Below, one piece after another: positions 36,062 through 47,143 of a stretch of DNA of 64,000 nt (the stretch's first letter is position 1; each line of letters opens with the position of its first letter). Source of the stretch: Moniliella sp. 'wahieum'. Taxonomy: Eukaryota. The stretch lies in NCBI GenBank assembly GCA_003971905.1, contig RSEE01000020.1, forward strand, positions 1 to 64,000, in the 5' to 3' direction. Below the pieces are notes generated by a model, which saw nothing but the letters and a program-made list of their open reading frames with translations, was not told the DNA's origin and did no database searches. The translations under genes and the position numbers were made by a program.

Positions 36062-39000
36062 ATGAGTGCCGGCGTGACCCACGCTCCTGGCATCGCATCC
36101 GCTGGGGTGCAGTCGCCCCAGACAGGCGCTTCCTCCGAGCCCGGTGCCGACCGGCTCACGCCGATCGGCACTTCGGAAGTTCCCCCCGCCGAGGACGAAG
36201 GCGAGCTTTCGGATCTGCATCGATTCCTCCAGACTACCTGGATCGACGACCCCCATGCTCTTGCCGCGCCGCCCATGGATGTGGCGTGGAAGGACTTGCA
36301 GGTCACCGGCGTTGGGGCTGGCTCCAAGCATGGCCAGACTGTGCTGTCGATGTTTTACGCTCCTTTTTCTCCCAGCACCATCAAGTCCCTGCTTAACCCC
36401 CCTGTCAAAACCATTATTAACTCCACCACTGGTGCGCTCAAGGCCGGTGAGACGCTCCTTGTCCTTGGCCGGCCTGGCTCTGGCTGCACCACCTTCCTCA
36501 AGACCCTCGCTAGCTATCGGGAGGGATACCGCTCTGTTGACGGTGACATCACCTACGGCGGCGCTAGTCACAAGACTATTGATGGCCCCTTGGTACGTCC
36601 TGTTTCTCGCTTTATCTGCTTTCCACCTCTGCCCCCAACTAACCCATCCATCTTCTTAGCGCGGCGAGGTTGTCTATGCAGGCGAAGATGATATACATTT
36701 CCCATCTCTCAGCGTGAAACACACTCTCAGCTTTGCTACTGCTGGTCGCACGCCTCAGGAGTCTGTACGGCCACTGATGGGCCAAGCGAAGCCTAGCCGC
36801 GCCACCTACATCAACGAGGTGCGCGATGCCCTTGCGCGTACCCTCGGCTTGACTCACACATACAACACACCCGTTGGCGATGCGCAAATCCGAGGTGTGT
36901 CGGGTGGTGAAAAGAAGCGCGTCAGTTTGGTCGAGATTATGGCTCTTCATGCCCGGGTCATGTTGCTTGACAACCCATCCCGTGGCCTGGATTCCAGCAC
37001 AGCCGTCGAGCTCGCTGCAGCGCTCAAGACACTGTGCAGGGTGACAAAATCGAGTTGTGCGGCGTCCATGTATCAAGCCGGTGAGCCCGTATACAACCAT
37101 TTCGATAAGGTGGTTGTCCTCAACTCTGGGCATGTCATCTATTACGGCCCATCCGATCAGGCGGTTGATTACTTCACCGACCTAGGCTTCGAGCAGTTTG
37201 AGCACCAGACCTCGGCCGATTTCCTTTGTCGGCGTGACAGATGTTGCGGCACGCAGGGTGCGTCCTGGCTTTGAGAAAAAGGTTCCCGTGACTCCGGAGC
37301 AAATGGCCGAATGCTGGATTAATAGCCCGCAGGGTATCGCAAGTGCCCAGGAAGCGGATGCCGTGCTTGCAGCAGGTGCCCAGAGCGACGCGAAGGGCAT
37401 GGTTCAAGAGTTGCACAAACAGCGAGAAAAGTGGACGACCAAGAACACGCCATTCCTCCTCACTTGGGCGCAGCAGATTCGCCTGTGTATCAAGCGCCGT
37501 GCACAAGTCCAGATGGGTGACCTGGCGACTCCCATTGTGATGTCCGTGGCCGTTTTGATTCAAGGTCTGATTAACGGGTCTGCATTCTATCAAATGCCGA
37601 AGACAACTGCTGGCTTTTTCCCCCGAGGCGGTGTGCTCTTTTTCCTTTTGCTCTTCAACTCGTTTATGGCCCAGACCGAAGTAACCATCTCATACACCCA
37701 ACGTCCCATTGTTATTCGACACCGCAAGTTTGCGTTAGTCCACCCATCTGCCGACGCTCTGGCCAATACATTACTGGACATTCCGATTCGCACGGTCAAC
37801 GTGACTCTCTTTACCATTCTCATTTACTTCCTCACTGGCCTCTCGTACACGGCCGACCAGTTTTTTATCGCCTGGTCGGTTATCATGCTTGTCACTGTCA
37901 TCATGGTCGCCATCTTCCGTTCCATTGCGGCCGTGTTCCGGCACTCGTCGGACGCAATGTTAGTCAGTGGTCTCATTGTCTTGTGGTTTGCGATCTACGC
38001 TGGCTATGTCGTCCCGCGCACGTCGATGGTCATCTGGTGGAAGTGGCTCTCCTACTGCAACCCGGTCGCGTGCGTTTACCCCTTTGCTCTATAGCATTCG
38101 TGTCTCAACTTATTAACATCTCTACTTTGTCTGTGCAGATTCGGTTTTGAGATTCTCATGGCGAACGAGTTCCGCCGAATCAACGCTCCCTGTGCTGGTC
38201 TCGTGCCCAACTACCCCGACGCCGCGCTAGCCAACAAGGCATGCACCGTGGCGGGTGCTGTTTCAGGACAGACGACCGTTAATGGCCTGAGTTACTTGGA
38301 GGCCCAATATGGGTACCTCTGGAAGAACAAGAATCGGAACGTGGGCATCCTCATCGGATACTTTGTCTTCTTTGTTCTTTCTATGCGGTCATGACCGAGC
38401 TCCAATCCGACCCATCTACTCAGGGGGGTGTAATGATTTTCCGTCGGGGGGTCAAGAACACCGTCTCTCAAGGAGAACTCGAACAGATTACCGAGGAAAA
38501 GATGAAAGAAGAAGAGTCAGGAGATTCGGAGACGGTGGATGGCGCGCTTGCTCCAACCAGCGACGATATCTTTGCTTGGCGCGACGTGACCTACACTGTC
38601 AACATCAAGGGTGGCGAGAAGCGACGCCTGCTAGACCAGATAACTGCCTGTGTGCAGCCTGGCAAGATGACGGCCTGTAAGTACTGCTTCGTCCTTTCTA
38701 CTCCACGGTATGATACTAACATGGTTCGATGCGTAAGTGATGGGCGAGTCCGGTGCAGGCAAGACGACATTGCTCAATGTGCTGGCGCAGAGGGTAGACG
38801 GGTGTTGTGACGGGCGACTTTACTGTCAATGGCTGGCCTCTTTCTTCCGCTTTCCAACAGCAAACAGGATATTGCCAACAACAAGACCCATCTGTCAACA
38901 GCCACGGTACGCGAGGCGCTCCAGTTCAGTGCGCTACTCCGCCAATCGAGTGGTACACGAGAGGAAAAGTTGGAGTATGTCGAGGAGGTCATTCGCATGC

Positions 39001-40655
39001 TCGACATGGAGCTTTTCGCCGACGCTCTGGTTGGGGATGTGGGAGAAGGCCTGTCTGTCGAACAAAGGAAGCGTCTCACTATTGCTGTGGAGCTGGCTGC
39101 TAAGCCTAAACTGCTACTCTTTCTTGATGAGCCCACGTCGGGTATGGACTCGCTGGCGGCTTGGTCGATTGTCCGATTCCTCAAGAAGTTGGCAAACTCG
39201 GGCCAATCCATTCTTTGCACAATTCACCAGCCTAGTGGCGAGCTTTTCTCTCAGTTCGATCGTCTCATTCTCCTCAAGCGTGGTGGGCAAACCGTCTTTT
39301 CGGGAGACATTCACAATGAGGAACGAATCTGCGGTCGCATGCTCGACTACTTTGAGGGGGTTTCGGGACAGAAGGTCGGCCACGGCAATCCAGCCGAGTT
39401 TATGCTCGAGTGTATTGGGGCGGGTGCAACGGCCACAACGGACAAAGACTGGGCTCAGCTCTACAATGACTCCACACTGGCTCGTGACATGCGCATGGAG
39501 GTGGAAAAAGTCATGGCGCGGCGTCAAGACCCAGGATGGCGCCCGGAGGAAGGTGACGACAAGAACCAGGTGTATGCTGCGGGCTTTGGAGCCCAAGTCA
39601 GCCAACTCGTCAAGCGCACCGCAGTACACTATTACCGCCGGCCTGACTATCTTTTGGGTAAGATTGGGCTCTACGTTGTGTCAGGCCTGTTTATTGGCTC
39701 CTCCTTCTGGGGGCAAGGAGAAAAGTCGTCGGTCAACTCCCTCCAGAACAAGCTATTTGCCACTTTCTTGTCGCTGGTTATCGTCACATCTCTGGCTCAG
39801 CAGATTATGCCTGAATACCTCGTACTGCGTGACCTCTTTCAAATCCGGGAGCACCCTTCAAAGATGTACTCATGGGTGGCCATGCTCCTTGCCTTTTTCA
39901 TCGTGGAGACTCCCATCAACTGGTTCGGTGGTACTCTCTTCTGGATTCCGTGGAACTTTATGGTCAAGGCGCAAGAGAAGGCATTTACCTGGTTCTGGTA
40001 CGCCATTCTCTTCCAGAGCTTCTGGACTTTCCTCGCCACAGCAATCCAAAATATGGGGGCTGCCAATTCAATGATTGGTGGTGTCATCTTTGCCCTGATT
40101 CTCAGTATTATCCTCCTGTTGAGCGGTGTGGTACAACCACCTCCTCTTCTTCCCGGAATTTGGCGAGGGATCTCCAATGCTAGTACCCTTCGGTACTATA
40201 TCGAGGCGGTCGTTGGTGCTCTATTGCACAAAAGCGTATCGTTTGCGCGCCCAAAGAGCTGGCGGTCATTCATCCCCCGGCGAACCAGAGACGTGCGATC
40301 AATATCTCTATGGCTTTAGCTCCACCTTTGACGATCCCAACCCAGTCGGTACCGGTACTATACCACCAACGCTGACGGAACATGTGGATACTGCCAGTAC
40401 CGTTATCAGACCGAGTTCCTCACCAACGATGACCTTCACGGTTCGGATCGTTTCCGTGACATTGGGTTTCTTTGCGCCTACATTGCCTTTAACTTCTTCC
40501 TCGCCTTTTTCTTCTACTGGCTGTTCTACGTCTTTAACCCGTCCAAGATGATGGCCAAGCGCAAGGAGAGGAAGCAAAACCAGCGCGACCAGGCTGAAAT
40601 GGCTCAATTCGCCGATCCGGGTCAGGATATCGAAAAGGTGGACCAGACCGCCTAG
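36062..40655 (+). CDS. Full-size PDR/ABCG-type ABC transporter (NBD-TMD)x2; introns ~36593-36659, ~38070-38138, ~38677-38736; frameshifted
   Basis: NBD1 LVLGRPGSGCTTFLK, RGVSGGEKKRVS, DNPSRGLDS; NBD2 MGESGAGKTTLLNVLAQR, GLSVEQRKRLTIAVEL, FLDEPTSG, ILCTIHQPS, NPAEFML; stop at 40655. Confidence 0.96.
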
Positions 40656-41571
40656 AATGACTCTATCTTGCTTTTCCCCTCCTTCGTCTCGATTTGCTTT
40701 TCCCTTTATCCCTTTGACTACGTCACATTTTCCTACTATCTCTCTCTCCTTTAATAAACTGTGGCACTATAATGTCGCCCCCCGTACCATTTGATGTCGT
40801 GTTACTACTGCATAAGTGTAGCATAAAACTGTTGGTTAGGGACGCTTCTCCGCTGTTGCTTCACTGGGTCTCTAACACTTCGCGTCGCGTTCACGCATCG
40901 CATTCGTGTGCCGTCTGCTGGGCACATATTCCACATTCAGTTCATTCCATGGCTTTTCGTGGAGCAGCAATAAAATGTTGCCGATAATTCGACGGTTAGC
41001 TTCCTCCCATACCGGGTCTGCCATTATACTATTACCTGTGAGTTTGTGGTGCCGTGGAACAGGATATTCTCCGACGAGCAGTCTACAGGAGAGGTGGCCA
41101 GTCGGTCGGGCACAGAGAGCGGGATTGAGGGTACGAGTGAAGCGAAATGCGGAGTGGTGGTGGAGAGGCAGAACACCAACTGCAGAGAAAGAGGACAGGA
41201 AAGGTGGGCGCGCGCGCGCAGCGCGAGCTAGCATGAGTATGAACGGGCCTTCGTGCCCTAGAGTCAAGGCACCAGCCTAGGCTATCTATATCACCCGACG
41301 TCACACAGTGTCACTAGTTCACTCTGCCAGTAGCCCTGTGACTGGTCAGTGTAACCAGTGACAGCACTGGTCACTGGTCACCGGTCACCTGGTCGCGTCT
41401 GTGCATGTCACGCGTCAACATCGAGATCATCCACCATCAATCATCCATCATCCAGCCGATAGCAGGTGCAGGTTCCCGCTTCCACTTCTGTTCGCACCAA
41501 GCCTTCCTCCAGAAAAACTGGTATCACCACCCCTCAGTCCAAGCCATGTTGGTGACGTCACGTCCTTCAAT

Positions 41572-42395
41572 ATGCGCCACTTCCCCATGTTGGCCGAGCG
41601 GGAGATCGTGGAATGGCTTCTGTTCCAGGTCAAAGCGCTAGCGGGGGTCCATTCCCGCATGCCAGGGCCGAGGTGAAGCAAGTGGAGCACCTTTGGGGCG
41701 AATTCCCTTCTTCTTGGCATCTCTTCCCTGTTGAGGGCGATGGCTAGACGGTGGTCATTATTGGCGTTCATTAGGCTCGGCCCACATGATTCTTCTCTTT
41801 GCCCCCCTGGGATAGGCGATGAGATGGTTCGGGTACAGCCACTAGCATCTTGAAGGAGCTACGTGTGCTGTTGACGCCGGCTTGGGTGTTCAAGGGGGAG
41901 TAAGATGTGGTGTGGCACTGATACTCTTCTGAACAAAAGGTGGGTTTCTAGGTGGCGGGGGAGAAAATGTGGTGAGGGTGGACCTTCTTCAAGGCGGCTC
42001 AGTCGGGCTTTGGCTGCAATAGGTGTGACGGTCATGCCAAGCTCCCCGGGTCGAATGGGTAGGTGGGTCTCGAACCGGAGTGGACGGGTTTTTGGAACGC
42101 CTGACTGGCACGTACCCCACCGCCATCCCTCGGGGGGTAGATCCAACTGTATCAGATACGCAGGATCAGACCTTGGGTCCTGTGCACGCCTCAAGGGGTG
42201 CTGGCGACGTTTGGGATTGGATGTCTATTTGCAGGCTCTAACATTCATGCCCGTTCACACCAAGGGGGGCCTAACCATCATCGATGGCTGTGCCTGGGAC
42301 CACCTAAAGCAGTTTGTTCGCCTGTCCACTGCATTCATGGTGAGGCGCTAGCAGACCAGAAGTATGCAACGAATCTGCAGCGGTATTTCTTTTGA
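41572..42395 (+). CDS. Possible orphan hypothetical protein (frameshifted)
   Basis: Consecutive protein-like ORF pieces (MRHFPMLAEREIVEWLLFQVK...DVYLQALTFMPVHTKGGLTIIDGCAWDHLKQFV) downstream of a palindrome cluster at 41300-41420; no family recognised. Confidence 0.3.
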
Positions 42396-42479
42396 ACTGA
42401 GGGAGTAGAGAAAAGTGGAGGGAAAGAGAAGGAAAGAGACAAAGTGGATTTTTTTTTGGGGGGGGGGGGCGCTTGGGCG

Positions 42480-42734
42480 TTAGTCGGTCCCATCAGGGTA
42501 AATACGCATGCCGATGCGCTGGATGCAGTTCCGGCAGTATCGCCCCTGAGGTTTGTAGGCATACGTCAACACGCTTGACGGCGCCCGACATTCGGGCCGC
42601 TGGCATCTGGGAAGTGTGGAGCTCTGGACGTGAGTGGCAATGCGCTCCTCTGGATGGGGCGACTGGGGCTGAGGACGTACCGCAAGCACAATGGCAGACG
42701 AATGGCACATCCCGCTGTCAAGCGCAATGGGCAT
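42480..42734 (-). CDS. Putative small Cys-rich protein with a 57-nt intron (42680-42624)
   Basis: accaccATG start context, GTACGT...CTCAC...CAG intron, exon 2 RCQRPECR...YCRNCIQRIG, stop followed by a polyC/pyrimidine-rich tract like the 3' UTRs of neighbouring genes. Confidence 0.4.
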   Translation of the reverse strand: MPIALDSGMCHSSAIVLAVRPQPQSPHPEERIATHVQSSTLPRCQRPECRAPSSVLTYAYKPQGRYCRNCIQRIGMRIYPDGTD

Positions 42735-43490
42735 GGTGGTAGCCAGAAAAACGTGAAGAAGGGCTATAGGGAGTATGACACCAGAAGATGTGTCCACCAT
42801 GCGTTGGCGGGCAGCAAACAACATGGGGCTTATCAAGCTTACACAGGCCTGGGATAGTGCCACTCGAATCGAGTGGTGGTTTGACGTGCTTCCTTCGGCA
42901 GGCGCCGTTCGATACGGAAGCTTATATTTTGGGTCCGCTGGCACACCGTGGGAGCCGCCCAGTTCGCACATAGCAAAAAACTCAAAATAATCCGCCAAAA
43001 AGCGCAGCGCCCTGCGCGCCTACGCCCCGCTCCTGTCCCATTCTCACTCATCCTGCTATCCGCCGGATATCGAGATGGGGTCAAACGAGGCAAACCTATG
43101 CTTATTCAACGTTCAGTTGAACTTTGAACGTTGACTACTGCCGAGTCTATTGATCGTCGCGGGCCCAGATCGCACGCGACCGTACCACATCGGCTGTTCA
43201 TAATTCATGACATCCCCATTTGTTCAATCTACAAACCACCTCTTTCATATTGCGAGCTCCGGAATGGTGACACAAGGGACGATGGAGAGGAGAGCATGTT
43301 CCATGGATGGGGACAAGGTACATGAAGACTAGGAAGGGAAGGGGATCGCAGCAAGCGGATAGATTTTTCTTTCTCAACCTGAGCCGAGGTTATCCTCGCA
43401 AGGAAGATGTTCACGGAGCAAGGAGAGCAACAGGGGGAAGCACTGAACACGCCGTGGAACAGGCGTAGCTACCCACCACAGGACAGGTCC

Positions 43491-44413
43491 TTAAGCGCCC
43501 AACGAGGGGAAGGCCTTGGAGTCACCGAGGTTAACGTCCGGCTGGCGGCTGCCCTGGTTGGCACGGCCGCCGCGACCGCGGCCGTTGCCGGCACCACGGC
43601 CACGAGGAGCGCCCGGCCACGGCCAGAGAAGCCGGGGCCATCACGGGGACGCCCCCGGCCCGCAGTGGGGGGAGCAAAGGAGAAGGCAGTGTCAATCTGC
43701 TCGAGCGACTTGTCCTTCTTGGCCTTGTGGGCCTTCTCCTTTTGATGGCAGCGAAGTACGACTCCTCAGCCTCAGTGGCCTTGGTAACCTTCTTGCCCTC
43801 CTGGGGGGCAGCCTCAACCTGGCGGATCTCGCGCTTGGGAGCAATCGCGGCCTTCTTTTCAGCGAGCGAGGCAAGGTACTCGTCGAGGGTCAGAGTCTTG
43901 TCCTCAGGCTCGGCCGGAGCGGCCTCCTCAGCGGGGGCGTCAGCAGGGGCAGCCTCTTCAGCCTTAGCGTCGGCCTTGCCCTCGTCCTCAGCCTCGAGCT
44001 CGCGCTTGGGGTCAGCACCGCCCCATCCCTGCTCAACGGTCTTGGCCGTGTCAGTGTGGGCAGTAGCCGAGTGCCGGTCGAACTGGCGTCCGTGGCCGCC
44101 GCCACGGGCGCGACCACCACGGCCACGGCCACGGGTCTCACCTGCTCCAGAAGGTTAGCTAGGGTTGCAACAAGAGGAGAGAACACGTACCACGGGGTAC
44201 ACGGCGGTTCTCACGGGGTACGTTGCCGGCAGCGGCAAAGGACTCCTCCTTGGGCGCGGCAGGGCCCTTGCGGTTGTTCTGGCGCTTAGGCGCACCGGGC
44301 ACCTCACGGGGCTTGGGCGCGTCGGCCTTCTTGGGCGCAGCCTTGGCAGGCGCCTGGGCGGGAGAACCGTCCTCGCTAAGGAGCGCAAAAGGGTTGGACG
44401 AGGCAAAGCTCAT
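43491..44413 (-). CDS. STM1: Stm1/SERBP1 (HABP4_PAI-RBP1) ribosome- and RNA-binding protein; intron 44190-44142
   Basis: MSFASSNPFALL start; RGRGRGG...GRQFDRHSAT; GWG; DKTLTLDEYLA; RGG-rich tail ending VNLGDSKAFPSLGA-stop. Confidence 0.9.
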
Positions 44414-44729
44414 GCCGACGACGACGATGGGGGTGGGAGGAGCAGCTGGAGGGAAAGAGAAGCCCGCAGACCTTCAGCTGGTTCGCAGCTTGCCTGCTGG
44501 GACCAAACCAGGCCGCACAAGGACAGTGTACGTCAAATCTTGCCGCAGCATACTCAGAACTAGGGTTAGACGTAGTATATTAGGTAACGTGTTCAGGGGC
44601 CCCACCTTGACGTTTCCATTTCTCGATTCGAGGAACCGCCTCGCAGGCGGCCTCTGCGTGCCTACCAGGCTCTACCTCAGTCTCCCCTCATGCCTCGGTC
44701 TCAGACCTCAGGGTCTGCTCAATATACCT

Positions 44730-44830
44730 GAGCCTCAGGCCTGAGAATGGCCTCAATCCTCACTAGCTCACTAGCGCTCACTAGTCACTAGTCACTGGCA
44801 TCACTACTGTAGTCACTTACTCAGCTTGAC
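44730..44830. repeat. ACTAGT/AGGCCT palindromic heptamer cluster upstream of STM1
   Basis: cctcaggcctgag ~44733; tcactagtcactagtcact 44778-44796. Confidence 0.85.
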
Positions 44831-45062
44831 TTCGCCGGCCCACTCGCTCCATTGAGCGTCCCACACTGGGCTGTACCCCAGGAAGCCGGGACTTGCATTG
44901 CACCTTGGTCCCGTTCCATAGCTGCGTGCTACAAGTCACGGAGAGACCAGTTGGCTATGGGCACCCCCAGTAGTGGCCAAGCCGTGTCGGCCAGTTTCAT
45001 TTCAAGCCTTTTATTGGTTAGAGCCTGGATCCGTGCGCGGCAGATTGTCTGAGCAAAAAAAG

Positions 45063-45150
45063 TTCCCCGACCGGGAGTCGAACCCGGGTCTTGACGGTTC
45101 CCCACAATGGAAATGAGAGCGTCACATCATAGCCGTTGGACCATCGAGGA
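45063..45150 (-). tRNA. tRNA-Glu(CTC) with 16-nt intron
   Basis: Reverse complement: TCCTCGATGGTCCAACGGCTATGATGTGACG-CT-CTC-A[tttccattgtggggaa]CCGTCAAGACCCGGGTTCGACTCCCGGTCGGGGAA, followed by a poly-T terminator. Confidence 0.95.
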
Positions 45151-45393
45151 TTGAATGTTTTAAACGCATTGACAAAATATAAGTGTGAGTGAGCAGTAGT
45201 TGACTGGTGGTTAGTTATTTGTTTCGTAACGTAAGTTTTCTTAACAAACTGGCTCAGGCAACTGAGCCGATACCTTGTGAGCATCTATGTTACAGCAAAC
45301 CCCTACGACGTTGGGAAAACTTAGTGGGTGTTACCACACCCCTCTGTGGTGGCAAATATACACCAAACCGCGCATCCATGTATAGTAACCGCG

Positions 45394-45588
45394 TGTCACA
45401 GTCGGGGCTATATATATATGAAGGCGAGGGAGAGAGACGGAACCAGGCCAACAAGAAATGTAGCAATCGTTCGTACAGAAGAAGCAAGAGAAGATGAGGT
45501 GGTGCGAAGCAGAAGAACAGGGAAGGCGCGGGAGTCTCGTGATGAGAAGAAATTGGAATATGGGAGCGAGATCAGCCAAACGATGACA
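45394..45588. mobile_element. Second copy of the short solo-LTR-like element, upstream of tRNA-Glu
   Basis: Same termini tgtcacagtcggggcta ... gggagcgagatcagccaaacgatgaca as 33401-33570; flanks ccgcg/tcgtg are not a perfect TSD. Confidence 0.8.
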
Positions 45589-45598
45589 TCGTGTGCTG

Positions 45599-45865
45599 AC
45601 ACGTCCATCCCTTCAACGGTGTCCACCCCAGCCCAATAATGCAGTAACTATAAGCTGGCAGTCGACCTGGGTGCAGCATCCGAAATAGCAGTTTTCCACA
45701 ATGCTCACAGGGCGGTGGGGGTGCAGGGGGAAAGAACTGCCAATACCAAAAGGCCAATGTCATAGACAGGTGAACTTGCCATCGTACCCGAGACCTCGCC
45801 CGCCGGCGACGGCACCGGGGAGACCCTCTGCTAGAGACGTTAAAGAGACTGGCGACCTGGTCCAA
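45599..45865 (-). pseudogene. Degenerate duplicate of the FHL1-like gene 3' coding end and 3' UTR (parent at 49721-49975)
   Basis: Shared blocks acacgtccatcccttcaacgg, gctggcagtcgacctgggtgca, cagggcggtgggg, acaggtgaa.ttgccatcgtaccc.agacctc.cccgc. Confidence 0.85.
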
Positions 45866-45869
45866 AAAG

Positions 45870-46083
45870 TACCTGACAAGACGTGGTTCCAACGTGGCTG
45901 GAACCGTACGCTCCGTCACGGAAGTACCAAAAGGACAAGATTACCTTTGTTATCAGTGCCGTGCTCATTATTGTTGGCGCATATTTGACTGTCGCTGGTA
46001 ACTACTCGGCCGTGGTGGCGATGAAGGACGATGTGTCGGCGGGCAAGGGGAATCCTTTCTCATGCCAAGACAATAGCGTCTAA
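45870..46083 (+). pseudogene. Isolated C-terminal fragment of an Mtr/AAAP-family amino acid transporter
   Basis: KITFVISAVLIIVGAYLTVAGNYSAVVAMKDDVSAGKGNPFSCQDNSV-stop: last transmembrane helix plus the FSCxDNS terminus typical of fungal Mtr-like permeases; no upstream exons visible. Confidence 0.7.
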
Positions 46084-47143
46084 TTATGAACTCTTTTCCT
46101 CCTTCAGTCACCGGCGACCCAGGACGGCCACACGAAGTTTGAGCACCGGAAAAGTCTTGCTGAGAGGAGTCTCATAAGAGATGGTTCATCGCTCACACGT
46201 GTTTACCGCGCTCATTCACACCCACTCGCGCTGCATCCAGCCCCCTCACACTCTTATTCACGTCTGCGGCATCAGAGTGAGCTGGCTACATTGGCACATG
46301 CTCTGCCTGAACACCTCTCCATTGCATTAACGGTTTCCGTTCCAGTCCAATACAGTATAATAGCAAAAGGATGTGGCAGCCGACCTGTGGATGAATTAAC
46401 CACCGGGGGCTGTTACCAGTGACTGGAAAGAAAGTCCTGCTCAAAACTTGAATGAGTTGATTCTCCGTATGATGTTCAGCATGCTTGTGCCAGTCCCAGT
46501 ATAACATGTTTGCTATATATGCACCACAGGCTATACACGGCAGCAGTAGGCTAATATCATTATAGAGTCTGTGGGCCTTTGAGATCAGAGAGCCACAGGG
46601 CGGCTCGTGCGTTTGGCCCAAAATGTGAACTTCGGTCACTAGCTCATACAGTCTCAGATCTCACAGCAAAGCGTTCATTGCGGCAGAGGATGTGTGTTGG
46701 AGGCATATGAGCGGGAGGATGTGTCTCAAAATGGGACTGGCTGTCCCAACAGGTCAACTGGTACAAAAATGAGACAAATCGCATGCATCACACCTACTGA
46801 TATTCCAATGGGGCGCCGCCTATCGATCGTCTATCATCCATGCATCATGCATCGCACATCGACAATCCGCGCACGCACTGCCCCCCTGCCGCCACCCCGC
46901 CAGCCCAACTGCCCGCACGGCGTCACTGTGTGCGCCTAAAGTACGCTCGCATGTCAGGCACTGGCGCTGTGCCCAGGCGGGCCCAGCAGTGCTCCGAGGG
47001 CACCTGAGCGCCTGAGCCTCGACCACGCCCGCTCCCTGATGGCCGCATAAAAGGCCTGCACGCCGCCATCTGGCCCTCTTCTTTCTCCCACCACCGCCTG
47101 CCTTCATTCCTGCGACGCCGGAAAACGACACACAGCATCTGCA

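Noticed and set aside
45389..45593. ccgcg/tcgtg as a C-to-T mutated TSD suggesting RIP-like activity
   Set aside because: The right flank is equally explained by homology to the FHL1 3' UTR (tcctg); too little evidence
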